64,000 nt of DNA from an uncultured Bacteriovoracaceae bacterium (GCA_964538275.1 CAZIFW010000006.1:5826-69825), one strand, 5' to 3'. Positions 38,531 through 48,205 are shown, counted from the stretch's first letter. Numbers and translations: made by a program. The notes: generated from the letters alone by a model not told the origin.

Positions 38531-38568
38531 TCTTTTACCCAAGAGCTAAAAACCGCTATTCTAGCGAT

Positions 38569-40290
38569 ATGCAGAGGCCTTTATTTGAAGAATTCATAGC
38601 CGCTGCACCCAAAACCCCCGGCTGTTATGTGATGAAGGATGAGGGCGGGACCATCATTTATGTGGGTAAAGCCAAGAACATCCGCAATCGCGTGATGAGT
38701 TATTTTCGCGATAACCTGAGCAGCCCCAAAACTCAGGTTCTGGTTTCTAAGATCAAGGCCATGGAGTTTTTGCAAACCGACACCGAAGTAGAGGCTTTGC
38801 TCTTAGAAAACACTCTCATTAAAAAGCATCGCCCTCGCTATAATATTCGTCTCAAAGACGACAAAACTTACCCCTATATTTGGATCGATACGCGCCACGA
38901 TTTTCCGCGCGCTTATTTTGCCCGCAAGCCTCAGGTGAGTGCGGGGGGCTTGTATTTTGGTCCTTACCCAAGTCCTTTTGCCTTGAGGCAACTTTTACAA
39001 TTGGCATCTAAAGCATTTCTATTGCGTGATTGTCGCGATAGCGAATTTGCCAACCGTTCTCGACCTTGTTTGAGCTATCAAATTGGCCAGTGCACGGCAC
39101 CCTGTGTGCAGTACGTAGACAAAGAAGCCTATCAGCAACAGGTAAATGAGTTTTTGCGTTTTCTTAAGGGCGAAAACGAAATCCTGCGCGATTTGTGGCA
39201 AGAGCAAATGGTCAAATCATCTGAGGCTATGAATTATGAGGATGCGGCTCGCTATCGAGATAGGCTTAAGGCCTTAGAGGATTTGCAAAAAGACCAGCGC
39301 GCGGTGGACCTGAACGACATGAAAAGCCGCGATGTGTGGTGTTACTGGCCCTTTGATTTCTTCACGAATAAGACTGAAGAAAAACAAGATTTTGATTTAT
39401 TACTTTTGCAGTTTCGCGATGGAAAATGGTGGGGGCGCAAGCATTTTCCAATACTCTTAGAAGATACAGAGTTAGATCGAGAAGCTTTTATCAGTTTAAT
39501 TTCTCGTTATTATTTGAAAGCAGATATCCCTTCAGAAGTTGTTGTTCCTACTGACTTTGATACAAACGAAACAAAAGTTTTAAGTGAGCTTCTTCGTATT
39601 GAAAGTGAAGCCCGTCAACATTTGCCCTTTGAGTTTGAAAAAGTTCTAACTGTGCAAACAGGTGATAAGTTATGGAAGATTTGGGATTTGGCTCTTTCGA
39701 ACGCGCGCTCAATGGGTGAGGAGCAAGGAAAAATCAGAGAGCGTCGTCGCGACTCTGTTCAACAGTTGGCAAAACTATTAAAAATTCCAACTCGCTTAGA
39801 GCGCATAGAGTGTTTGGATATTTCAAATTTTCAAGGGGCCGAAAACGTGGCTGCATGTGTGGTTTTTATCAATGGAAAAAAAGCACTGGATGAGTATCGA
39901 AACTTCATCATTAAAAGTGTGCAAGGCCAAGATGACTTTGGAAGTTTGCGCGAAGTTGTAAGACGGCGTTATGGAAAACCCGATAGTCCGCGTCCGGATT
40001 TGTTGATAGTAGATGGGGGCCGAGCACAGCTGGAAAGCGTTCAACTTGCCATGAAAGAAATGGATGTAAATTTTCCTGTGGTGGGATTGGCAAAAGCTCG
40101 CACAGCACGAGATTTTACTTCCTCAGAAGTGGAAGCTAGCTCTGAGCGCTTTTTCTTGCCGGGACAAAAGAATCCCAAAATTATTAAAGAACAATCTGTG
40201 TTGCGCTTAGTGACTGAGATTCGCGACGAAGCCCATCGTTTTGCTATCAGCTTTCACCGCAAACGCCGCGACCAAATCAACGAAGAGTAA
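38569..40290 (+). CDS. uvrC: Excinuclease ABC subunit C.
   Basis: GIY-YIG N-terminus (GCYVMKDEGGTIIYVGKAKNIRNR), a UvrBC-interaction region, and a C-terminal endonuclease/HhH region. Confidence 0.9.
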   Translation: MQRPLFEEFIAAAPKTPGCYVMKDEGGTIIYVGKAKNIRNRVMSYFRDNLSSPKTQVLVSKIKAMEFLQTDTEVEALLLENTLIKKHRPRYNIRLKDDKTYPYIWIDTRHDFPRAYFARKPQVSAGGLYFGPYPSPFALRQLLQLASKAFLLRDCRDSEFANRSRPCLSYQIGQCTAPCVQYVDKEAYQQQVNEFLRFLKGENEILRDLWQEQMVKSSEAMNYEDAARYRDRLKALEDLQKDQRAVDLNDMKSRDVWCYWPFDFFTNKTEEKQDFDLLLLQFRDGKWWGRKHFPILLEDTELDREAFISLISRYYLKADIPSEVVVPTDFDTNETKVLSELLRIESEARQHLPFEFEKVLTVQTGDKLWKIWDLALSNARSMGEEQGKIRERRRDSVQQLAKLLKIPTRLERIECLDISNFQGAENVAACVVFINGKKALDEYRNFIIKSVQGQDDFGSLREVVRRRYGKPDSPRPDLLIVDGGRAQLESVQLAMKEMDVNFPVVGLAKARTARDFTSSEVEASSERFFLPGQKNPKIIKEQSVLRLVTEIRDEAHRFAISFHRKRRDQINEE

Positions 40291-40346
40291 TGTCGAAAAG
40301 GTGCCATAGGGGTGTCGAAAAGGTCTCTGACGCCTAAATGACATTA
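40291..40346. repeat. Copy of an intergenic repeat element ('tgtcgaaaaggtgccaNaggggtgtcgaaaaggtctctgacgcctaaatgaca'), placed directly between the convergent uvrC and 40344..40622 stop codons.
   Basis: A 44/45-nt identity with 51055-51098 is visible. The terminal 'ggtctctgacgcctaaatgaca' also occurs inverted at 51001-51022. Confidence 0.6.
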
Positions 40347-40622
40347 TTGGGGGTCGCGGTCGAATACGTTCGGATTTGGCGCAAACTGTTTGTTGTCATC
40401 TTTGTAGAAGGGATTGTCTTTGCTAACGCGAATTTTTCTGGGGACATTCGCAGAATTTTCTTCTTTGTAAGGTTCTTGATTTTGTTTTTCTTGGAGTGTT
40501 TTTAAATCTGAAGTTGCAACACCGAGTGCAGTGGCTCCGTATTGTTGAGAATTCAGGAGAGACGAAAAGAAAAGGGTAGAAAAAAGACAAAACGCGTAGC
40601 GCATGGCGGCATAATCTAACAC
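40344..40622 (-). CDS. Small hypothetical secreted protein, 92 aa.
   Basis: Signal peptide (MRYAFCLFSTLFFSSLLNSQQ). Pro/Asn/Lys-rich. Confidence 0.35.
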   Translation of the reverse strand: MLDYAAMRYAFCLFSTLFFSSLLNSQQYGATALGVATSDLKTLQEKQNQEPYKEENSANVPRKIRVSKDNPFYKDDNKQFAPNPNVFDRDPQ

Positions 40623-40838
40623 TTATTATTTCAGTTTGGAATATGTGTTGAGTTCAGGTTTCTTTGAACTCGGCTGACACATTTGCAAAGGTTTTTACAG
40701 TTTATTTCTCACAGCTTAGGGAACTTCTTTGCTAGAAACATACTCGGAGGAAATAGAGGGGTATGAAAATGTTAAAGCGCCTAGTCGTGCATTTGTTTTT
40801 AAGAGTTGTTGTTTAGTTTAAAAAACTTACGACACAAA

Positions 40839-41612
40839 TTAGTAATTGTAGCTAACCATACCGAGCACGGTAAAGTAATTGCCGTCTCGGCCAAGTTTAC
40901 CTACAAGAATGTCAGCATCTGGCCAAAAGAGTAAATGATAACGAACATCGAGTCCTAAAAAGACTTTGTTCTTGTAAACATCAAACTCAAAACCACCGCC
41001 CACACTGCAACCAAAAGCTGTGGTGCTTACAACACTACCGGTAGCAAACTTATCCGCTACGCTGGGATCTACTCCCGTTGTGGTGGCCGATCCTTTAACG
41101 CCTTCTGATCGAAACATCATCAATCCGTTGAAGGCAAGGTAGGGGTTCATCAATGAAATTCCGCGAGGAAGGTTGTCGCGATCAAAGGCGTAGCGAACAC
41201 CCAAGCTCACTGGAATCATCACAGTATCCATACTGATATCGATGTTTGCTGTGCTGGTGTTTTGTTCGTTGTAACTTGTTTTGTGAGTGTAGTAACCCAC
41301 TCCCAATTCACCGCCCCACATTTTATCGAAGTAAAATACAAAGCGCAGGCCGAGGTTAAATCCGGCTGAGTTGGCGGCTCCCAGGTCTCCTGTGAATAAA
41401 CCAGTACCCATTAAAAAATTAGTTTGAAAAAATCTTCCAAAGTAGCGGCTTACTTCTTCGTCGAGTTGTACGGGATCACTTTCGAAAGCGCTGTAATCAT
41501 CGTACATGTTGGAGTTAATGCCCACTTGGGCATTTGCGGCAAATGATGCCCCCAAACACATTGTCGCCACAAAAGTCTTTACACAACTGCTTACGTATCT
41601 CCCCAAAACCAT
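40839..41612 (-). CDS. Outer-membrane beta-barrel protein (porin-like).
   Basis: Signal peptide (…LGASFAANA|Q), an amphipathic beta-strand pattern, and a C-terminal …VSYNY terminus. Confidence 0.55.
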   Translation of the reverse strand: MVLGRYVSSCVKTFVATMCLGASFAANAQVGINSNMYDDYSAFESDPVQLDEEVSRYFGRFFQTNFLMGTGLFTGDLGAANSAGFNLGLRFVFYFDKMWGGELGVGYYTHKTSYNEQNTSTANIDISMDTVMIPVSLGVRYAFDRDNLPRGISLMNPYLAFNGLMMFRSEGVKGSATTTGVDPSVADKFATGSVVSTTAFGCSVGGGFEFDVYKNKVFLGLDVRYHLLFWPDADILVGKLGRDGNYFTVLGMVSYNY

Positions 41613-41694
41613 ACATTTAGTATAGCCGTCTTAACGTGGAGACCAAAATTGGGACGCAAATTCCCAAACTCACAGTGTAAAGGCCCAAATTGTC

Positions 41695-42417
41695 GTGATA
41701 GCGTCACTGTTTATGGACAAGGAACTGACACCTTTTCAATCTAACGTATTAGAAATTTTAGAAAATCGCCGTTTTTGGACGATATTGGCAGGAGCTGCCT
41801 TTATTGTACTTGCGGTGGGTTTTGGCCGTTATTACAGCCAACAATCAGCCAAAAAGGCGGAACGAGTAGCTTCTGACAAGCTTTTCGCAATCGAAAAGGT
41901 TGAAGTAGAGGGACTGTCCCCGAGTTCCAGCATTTTCTCTCAAGACTTTATGAAAAAACGCTTGGAATGGGATGATGCAAAAAAAGCCAAGATTAAAGGC
42001 GAGCTGGAATCACTTATTGCTGAATTTCCCAAGACAGCCTCTGCTCAGTCTGCACGCATACGATTGGCTGCAATGTCGTATCAAGATTCAAACTTTGAGC
42101 AAGCCACAAAATACTTTGAAGAAGTTATTTCAAAGGGGACAAAAGATTTAGCAGACATTCCTTATTGGAGTGCAAAATTAGGTTTAGCTTATTTGTTGGA
42201 AACACAAAAAAAATATGACGAAGCGATTACACATTACAAAGATGTGGCTTCTGATGTTAAAAACCCACTGGCAGCTGAAGCGATGTTGTCACAAGTGAGA
42301 TCTTTAAAAGCAAGCGGCAAGCTTACTGAGATTGCTCCCATCATTGAAAAAATTAAAACTGAATTCGCGGGCACTTATTATGAATCCGCTGCACGCGCTT
42401 ACGAAAGCGCTCGGTAG
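41695..42417 (+). CDS. YfgM-like membrane-anchored TPR protein (ancillary SecYEG translocon subunit family).
   Basis: A single N-terminal TM helix (FWTILAGAAFIVLAVGFGRYY), then a TPR-like helical domain. Its position immediately upstream of bamB mirrors the yfgM–bamB synteny. Confidence 0.55.
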   Translation: MIASLFMDKELTPFQSNVLEILENRRFWTILAGAAFIVLAVGFGRYYSQQSAKKAERVASDKLFAIEKVEVEGLSPSSSIFSQDFMKKRLEWDDAKKAKIKGELESLIAEFPKTASAQSARIRLAAMSYQDSNFEQATKYFEEVISKGTKDLADIPYWSAKLGLAYLLETQKKYDEAITHYKDVASDVKNPLAAEAMLSQVRSLKASGKLTEIAPIIEKIKTEFAGTYYESAARAYESAR

Positions 42418-42426
42418 GTTATACGC

Positions 42427-43569
42427 ATGAAGTTGTTCTTATATGCAACTGCGCTATTAGCTGTATCGTGCACAACACTTCCTAAGGGCGCGTTGGATAC
42501 TTCGCGCTTTACAGGCATTGGCATGGTTGAGATTGAGCGCGATCCAAAGTTTGAGCGAGGTCCAGCTTTGGGTTCTTTTGCTTATCCCATTAAATTCAGT
42601 GATACCGATTATTTTGTAGGAACCTTAGGTGGTTCTTTTGGTCGTTTTCACACTCCAAGTGGAAGTTTTAAATGGAAAAAAACTTTTCGTGTGGGTGTAG
42701 CTTCGCGTCCAGCGATTAGAGGAAACCGAGTTTATATCAGCGCAATGGACGGTTTTGTATATGCCTACGATTTACAAAATGGTCGTCAAATTTGGAAAAA
42801 GAAACTGAGTGCAGAATCTCTTGGTAACTTGGTGATGGGAGAAGATTATCTCTACGTAGCTAGTTCGGATAATATTCTTTGGGCACTGAATGTTCAGACG
42901 GGCGATGAGCAATGGACTTTACGTCGTCCTTCTCCAAATGCTTCTTACTTTTGGTCCTTGCGTGGTAACACTGCGGGCGTATTGAGTGCTAACAAACAAA
43001 TTTTGTACCTAGGTTTTTCAGACGGCGTTGTAGTTGCTCTTAGAGCAAACAGCGGAGAAGTTATTTGGGAGCGAAGTTTTACGCGTCCAGGTCGCTTTCA
43101 AGATGCAGATACAGAACCTGTTTTATCTCCCGATGGCTCTACGCTTTACATAGCACTTCCAGATCATACGGTGCAGGTGCTTAGAACATCGGATGGTTCT
43201 TCTACAGATAGTTATCCGGATGCCTCTGGTTTTGTTCCCTATGTGAACTTCAAAGAAGGCACCATGATTTACACCACGCCAAACGGAACTGTTCGTAAGT
43301 ATCAGCTTTCTACTAAGAAGTTGCTGTGGGAGCTCAGTCTTAAGAAAAGTGGCATTGGTGTTGAGTTCTTTGATCTTAATAATGGTGAACTGTTGATGAC
43401 CTCAACTCACTTTGGACTTCATTTGATTGATTCTAAAACAGGTAAAATGTTGGGCGAGCATTATTTGGGCGAAGGCACATTGGCGCGTCCTATATCGGAT
43501 GGGTCGCGTGTTTTTGTAATGACGGGTCGTGGTCGTTTAGCGTTCTTAAAGATTAACAAAAAGATTTAG
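42427..43569 (+). CDS. bamB: Outer-membrane protein assembly factor BamB (PQQ-like beta-propeller lipoprotein).
   Basis: Lipobox LAVSC|TT. Repeated 'G.VYa.d..tG..lW' beta-propeller blades (…GFVYAYDLQNGRQIWKK…, …ILWALNVQTGDEQW…, …GVVVALRANSGEVIWER…). Confidence 0.75.
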   Translation: MKLFLYATALLAVSCTTLPKGALDTSRFTGIGMVEIERDPKFERGPALGSFAYPIKFSDTDYFVGTLGGSFGRFHTPSGSFKWKKTFRVGVASRPAIRGNRVYISAMDGFVYAYDLQNGRQIWKKKLSAESLGNLVMGEDYLYVASSDNILWALNVQTGDEQWTLRRPSPNASYFWSLRGNTAGVLSANKQILYLGFSDGVVVALRANSGEVIWERSFTRPGRFQDADTEPVLSPDGSTLYIALPDHTVQVLRTSDGSSTDSYPDASGFVPYVNFKEGTMIYTTPNGTVRKYQLSTKKLLWELSLKKSGIGVEFFDLNNGELLMTSTHFGLHLIDSKTGKMLGEHYLGEGTLARPISDGSRVFVMTGRGRLAFLKINKKI

Positions 43570-43578
43570 GACTTTCTT

Positions 43579-44049
43579 ATGAATAAACTTTTTTCACTCG
43601 TTGCTTTAACTTTAGTTTTTGTTGCGCCCGTTCAGGCTGAGAGCGATTACGATTCTATTCGCAGTTGTTTAAATGCTTGGGGTACTCACCCATTCCCTAA
43701 AGACAAAAGCCGTGCGGATAAAGTACTCAGTCCAAGTGTGAAGGTTTTGGGAATTGGTGGCCGAGACATTGAAGATGCAAACGTCACTGAAAAAGCTTCT
43801 CTTGTTTTAATTAAACCGAGCGTGAATGTGTTGAGCAAATCTACTTTTAGACTTACAAACCCCAAAGGTTGGTACTGTCTCAAAGGTACGGTTGCTGTAC
43901 TTGGTAAAGCTGAATTCATACTTCATTGCAAAGCTAAGATGGCCACAAATAATGGAGATGTAGCAGTGCTCGGCAAAAACGAAAATCAAGAGGGCGGCGT
44001 AGCAGTTCTTGGGTCTATTCGCGTAAAAACAATCGGCGACTGTAACTAG
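43579..44049 (+). CDS. Hypothetical secreted protein, 156 aa, with internal VAVLGK repeats.
   Basis: Signal peptide (…FVAPVQA|ES). GTVAVLGKAEF, GDVAVLGKNEN and GGVAVLGSIRV repeats. Confidence 0.4.
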   Translation: MNKLFSLVALTLVFVAPVQAESDYDSIRSCLNAWGTHPFPKDKSRADKVLSPSVKVLGIGGRDIEDANVTEKASLVLIKPSVNVLSKSTFRLTNPKGWYCLKGTVAVLGKAEFILHCKAKMATNNGDVAVLGKNENQEGGVAVLGSIRVKTIGDCN

Positions 44050-44070
44050 CTTTTTTGTATAGAGCGTAGC

Positions 44071-44189
44071 GCCTTGGCGAGTGAGCAAAACTTTTTAGAT
44101 CACTAAAGGGGGCATGGCCCCCTCTCTTAAGTGCTTTGCACTTAATTCACTCCCTATTGATCTAAAAAGTTTTGCTCACACGCCAAGGC
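44071..44189. repeat. 119-nt element with 32-bp near-perfect terminal inverted repeats (31/32) enclosing two small hairpins. Candidate MITE-like element, structured RNA or terminator.
   Basis: Left arm gccttggcgagtgagcaaaactttttagatca (44071-44102). Right arm tgatctaaaaagttttgctcacacgccaaggc (44158-44189). Internal gggggcatggccccc and aagtgctttgcactt palindromes. Followed by cttttgcccttt. Confidence 0.6.
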
Positions 44190-44275
44190 TTTTGCCCTTT
44201 CCAAATTGCTTTGGATTTTTACTTTGGAGAAGAAAATTGCTTACTGTAGCGGATGATGGGTTTTTCCCTTAAACT

Positions 44276-45301
44276 ATGATCATGATTGAGAGTGGCACGG
44301 GATGGGCCGGGAAACTTCAGGATCGTCCTTCATTTATACTCTCTTGGGGTAAAAGCAAAGAAAACCCATCTCTCTTTTACGATCTAGCATCTCTGACAAA
44401 AGTTATAGTCACGGGTTCTCTACTTTTAGAGCTTTGTATGGAGCTCAAAAAAACTATCGAAGAATTCAAAGAACTCACACTCGATACTTTTTTGCCTCAA
44501 TCATCTGTATCGCTCTCTAAGCTCAAAGTGGGCGAAGTATGGGAGCATCGTGCCGGATTAAAATCACACTTTTTACTTGATCCCCTAAAGTCAAGAAATG
44601 CATTTTCCGGAACTCGCGCACAATTATGGACGTATGTTTTAGATCAAATTTCACAGCAAGGAATGAGTTCTAACAAAGACTGCGTATACTCTGATTTAGA
44701 CTTTTGGGTACTCGGTGCGCTTTTAGAAACACATTATAAAAAAGATCTTAAAGAACTTTGGCAGGATTACAAAAAAAAGTATTCATTGCCTTCAAATGAT
44801 CTCGTCTATGGTCCGATCATGGAAGATGTTGTCGCAACTGAGACTCGTCACCCTATAGGGATAGTGAACGACGACAATGCTTGTTTTATGCAAGGCATTG
44901 CGCCCCACGCAGGTTTGTTTGCAACAGTCGAAGCTGTTTGGGAATGGATGCTTTTGATGCAATTCCACTATGATAAAAACCCAGCTCTTCAGAGTTTTTT
45001 TGTGCCTCAAGGCGATAATCGTTTTTGGTGTGGATGGGATCGTCCAAGTGAAGAACTTAGCCAAGCGGGCGAGGGGGCTCCTCGCGAGGAAGTGCTGGGG
45101 CATCTTGGATATACGGGAACAGCGCTTTGGTGGGATCCGGTCACACGTTGGGGTGGAGTATTGTTAACCAATAGAGTTTATCCCTCTCATACAGAGGCGA
45201 GTAGAGAAGAAGTTAAAGCCCTTCGAATTAAGTTTTTTAGTTTGTTGTGGCATTCAAACAAAGACGAACTTTGGGCAGCCCTTCAGCAAGAGATAACTTA
45301 G
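44276..45301 (+). CDS. Beta-lactamase-family serine hydrolase (class C / esterase-like).
   Basis: S-x-x-K active-site motif LASLTKV near the N-terminus, a Y-x-N-like motif (VYSDLDF), and overall PBP/beta-lactamase-like length. Confidence 0.6.
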   Translation: MIMIESGTGWAGKLQDRPSFILSWGKSKENPSLFYDLASLTKVIVTGSLLLELCMELKKTIEEFKELTLDTFLPQSSVSLSKLKVGEVWEHRAGLKSHFLLDPLKSRNAFSGTRAQLWTYVLDQISQQGMSSNKDCVYSDLDFWVLGALLETHYKKDLKELWQDYKKKYSLPSNDLVYGPIMEDVVATETRHPIGIVNDDNACFMQGIAPHAGLFATVEAVWEWMLLMQFHYDKNPALQSFFVPQGDNRFWCGWDRPSEELSQAGEGAPREEVLGHLGYTGTALWWDPVTRWGGVLLTNRVYPSHTEASREEVKALRIKFFSLLWHSNKDELWAALQQEIT

Positions 45302-45691
45302 TTATTTTTTTCTTCTTAGTTTTATAGAACCATCAGGACGTTGATTTTTAGATTTGAAGCGCTCAGAAGTGATGCCATTTTTTTTGGGGTTTTTTAAATG
45401 ACCCCTTTCGTGGGCGCGCTGACGCCACCTCAAAAAAGATGAACTCTTGAGCTGCATGCGCATAAAAATCACAACATCATCGGGTTTGAGTCCAAATTGT
45501 TTTTCTATCAATTCAAAAGGAGTACGGTCTTCTAGAGCCATACTGATAATACGGTCGTAGTCTGATTCGGGAATGCGAGCGATACGATCTTTTCTGTTCA
45601 CATCATTCACATAAACAAAAATAGAGACATTCTTCGAATAGGATTTAACTCGCTTTAAATCCCCATTGAAGGAAAAAGAGAACACATGCAC
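45302..45691 (-). CDS. DUF2805 (TIGR03643-like) small conserved protein with a Lys/Arg-rich C-terminal tail.
   Basis: DYDRIISMALEDRTPFELIEKQFGLKPDDVVIFMRMQLKSSSFLRWRQRAHERG matches the DUF2805 core (…riiemAWeDRTPFeaIe.qFGl.e..Vi.lMR.el.pssFr.WR.Rv…). Confidence 0.55.
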   Translation of the reverse strand: MHVFSFSFNGDLKRVKSYSKNVSIFVYVNDVNRKDRIARIPESDYDRIISMALEDRTPFELIEKQFGLKPDDVVIFMRMQLKSSSFLRWRQRAHERGHLKNPKKNGITSERFKSKNQRPDGSIKLRRKK

Positions 45692-45701
45692 TCTGTGATC
45701 T

Positions 45702-46394
45702 ATGCAAGAAGCAACGAAGTGGGTTACTCGCCAGAGGTGGGAACATGTTCAATTTTTACACTTCACTGGGGCTGCCGAAGTGGTTCGGTCAGTGCTTCCG
45801 AAAGAGCTCGAGCTTGATTGTTGGCAAAATGAAGCTGTTCTCTCTGTTGTTCCGTTTCGAATGACTCGCGTGCGATTTCCTGGAGTTCCATCAATTCCAG
45901 TTTTATCTAATCTTTGGGAACTCAATTTACGAACGTATGTTAAGTATAAAAGTCAGAGAGGGGTTTATTTTTTTACACTTGAAAGCAGCAATCCTTTGGC
46001 GACATGGGTGGCGCGTACTTTTTTTTCACTTCCCTATGCAAATTCAAAACTCCAAGTGAATAAGGCTCATCAAGATAACTTTCACACAATTCATAGAAGA
46101 GGAAATCTGAGTTGTGAAATTGTATGCGACTTGAAGAGCGGCGTTGAGTTTATAAAAAATGACTTTTCGGATTGGGCGACCGAACGCTATTGTCTTTTTA
46201 ATGTGAAAAAAAATAAGGTTTATAGGGGAACAGTCTTTCATAATCCTTGGAAGTTAAACGCTTTAGAGGTGAAAAAGTTTGAAGGAAACTTTCTTTCATT
46301 AGTGCCAAATGCGGATAGTTTCAAACTGTATGCATCCAGCTATTGTCGTTTGATTGACGTAAGTTTTAAAGCCTTTGAAATCATGGGTACTTAA
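45702..46394 (+). CDS. DUF2071 (COG3361) family protein.
   Basis: WEHVQFLHFTGAAEVVRSVLPKELELD…AVLSVVPFRMTRVRFPGVP…ELNLRTYVKY…GVYFFTLESSNPLATWVARTFFSLPYANSKL follows the DUF2071 consensus as recalled from memory. Confidence 0.55.
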   Translation: MQEATKWVTRQRWEHVQFLHFTGAAEVVRSVLPKELELDCWQNEAVLSVVPFRMTRVRFPGVPSIPVLSNLWELNLRTYVKYKSQRGVYFFTLESSNPLATWVARTFFSLPYANSKLQVNKAHQDNFHTIHRRGNLSCEIVCDLKSGVEFIKNDFSDWATERYCLFNVKKNKVYRGTVFHNPWKLNALEVKKFEGNFLSLVPNADSFKLYASSYCRLIDVSFKAFEIMGT

Positions 46395-46474
46395 ACCTGA
46401 TTGAACTGCAAAATGGCGAGCTATTTTGGAGCTTTTTTGCTTTAGTCTTAACTTAAAATTGACGATAAGTAAGG

Positions 46475-48106
46475 GTGCTTGGCTTCTCCTTTTTTATCTT
46501 AGAAAAGAAAGTTTTTTTTCTTAGATACTTCATATTTATAGCGGGATCTTTCTTGTTTTCGCTTCAGACTAACGCTGTGATTTGCAGACATGCTTTGGGA
46601 GTAGAAGGATCCGAAAACGGCGGAGCTTCTAATCCTACAAGCAAAGCTACAACCTCTAGGCCCGATGATTTAAAAACAGCAGTGAATCCTTATGGTGATG
46701 GTTTCGTGCGAGAAGCCCATGAGACTGAGCGCGAAGGGCAGCTATACAATGTAAATGAAAATTTTAATTCCAAAGTTGATGAAAAAGGCAATCCTAGAAA
46801 AGACGGGCGCTACTTATTTGTAGTCGCGCGAGATATCGATGGAGTTCGTCGCATCATGGTTGTTCCACGCTTTGATTTTGATAGAGCCGATGGAAAATTT
46901 TTGAGCACACATCGCTCTATGTTTAGAAAATATCGCGACGTTTTTGGTCCCACTCCCTCTATTGAAGTTATGGGAGAAATTGAAATTAATGCGGGAACTG
47001 TGGTGTCTTACAATAATAAAGCGGGTACGGGTTATGATCCCAAAGAGGCCGAAGACCCTCATTTGTTTGAACAAAGAAAAGCTATTGCTGAGTCTATGGG
47101 AATTGATTTGTCTAAAGCTGATCGAGTTGTGAATTATACTCCCATAGCTATTGAGGCCGAAAAAAATAAAGAAAAAGCCCGAATCCCAGGGAGGCACATT
47201 GAAGAAGAAGAATTTGTTGTGAGAATGAAATTGCTCTACGAGCAGCCCATCTTACGCGAAATGATTCAGAAGCAAGATAATTTAGTTCAGCGAGCCTATG
47301 CGCTCTTTCCTCAAAATATAGAAAAAAATCCCAAGCGTATTTTTAATTTCAAAGAAGAGCCCCTTTTATCCTTAGGCATTCCACTCTTGGAGCAAGGGAA
47401 TTTAGAAATGACTACAAGTCTCTCCCAGGATCATGGAGCGGGAACAATGATGGCAAATATGCTAATTAACAATAACTCGGGAGCTTTACCATTTGCTAAG
47501 TACTTAGATAATTTTGAAAAACTTGTCCTTTATTTAGAGGCTAAAAAAGACGGTAAGACTTTAAGCGTACCCGATTGGACCAAAGATCAAAGTGATCTTC
47601 CTTCTCGATATTTAGCTCAGCATGCTCAAAGCGGCGAAAAAACTGTAAATGACACCAGACAAAAAATCTTAATGGCAGAAGGTCGACCGGATCCTTTGGA
47701 ACCAGAAAAGAATTTAAAAATCCTTAATTGGTCGCTTACTCCAGGTGAAAAGCATTACTTAACTTCTGATGAAAAAAGAAATGAGATTATAAATGCGCAA
47801 CTACTTTTAGAAGAATTGCGTGAACGCTTTGGTATTACTAAAGATCGCGGTGGACCTTTTGATTACAAAAAGTTTTCAGAAACTATGCGTTTTGATGAAG
47901 ATAATGGATTTACAGAAGACCACATAGCGAACAAAATGATTTACGATTTACTCATGGAAAGTGAGCGCTCCGGGGGGCAACCCCTTAAACTGTACGATGA
48001 AATGTCTAAATCAGCTGAAGCTGCTCCAGAAGACGACATGTATATGAATCCTCTTCCCTCTACTGTGGTAGGTGCTTATCTGAGGATCTTAGGTATTCGG
48101 CCTTAG
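46475..48106 (+). CDS. Hypothetical secreted protein, 543 aa.
   Basis: Signal-like N-terminus (…KKVFFLRYFIFIAGSFLFSLQTNA|V). No recognisable catalytic motifs. AT-rich gene. Confidence 0.5.
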   Translation: MLGFSFFILEKKVFFLRYFIFIAGSFLFSLQTNAVICRHALGVEGSENGGASNPTSKATTSRPDDLKTAVNPYGDGFVREAHETEREGQLYNVNENFNSKVDEKGNPRKDGRYLFVVARDIDGVRRIMVVPRFDFDRADGKFLSTHRSMFRKYRDVFGPTPSIEVMGEIEINAGTVVSYNNKAGTGYDPKEAEDPHLFEQRKAIAESMGIDLSKADRVVNYTPIAIEAEKNKEKARIPGRHIEEEEFVVRMKLLYEQPILREMIQKQDNLVQRAYALFPQNIEKNPKRIFNFKEEPLLSLGIPLLEQGNLEMTTSLSQDHGAGTMMANMLINNNSGALPFAKYLDNFEKLVLYLEAKKDGKTLSVPDWTKDQSDLPSRYLAQHAQSGEKTVNDTRQKILMAEGRPDPLEPEKNLKILNWSLTPGEKHYLTSDEKRNEIINAQLLLEELRERFGITKDRGGPFDYKKFSETMRFDEDNGFTEDHIANKMIYDLLMESERSGGQPLKLYDEMSKSAEAAPEDDMYMNPLPSTVVGAYLRILGIRP

Positions 48107-48205
48107 TCTGGCATCTTAACAAAAGCCTCCAAGCTTCATTCAGTAAAGAAAATGAGTCGAAAAAACGTCGCTTTAGGATAAAGTTTTTCCTACATATCTG
48201 GCACA

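Noticed and set aside
46486-46525. Apparent palindrome 'atcttagaaaagaaagttttttttcttagat' at the start of the 46475 ORF
   Set aside because: On inspection the two halves are direct repeats (tcTTAGa twice), not inverted, so there is no stable hairpin. Most likely it is just an AT-rich signal-peptide coding region.
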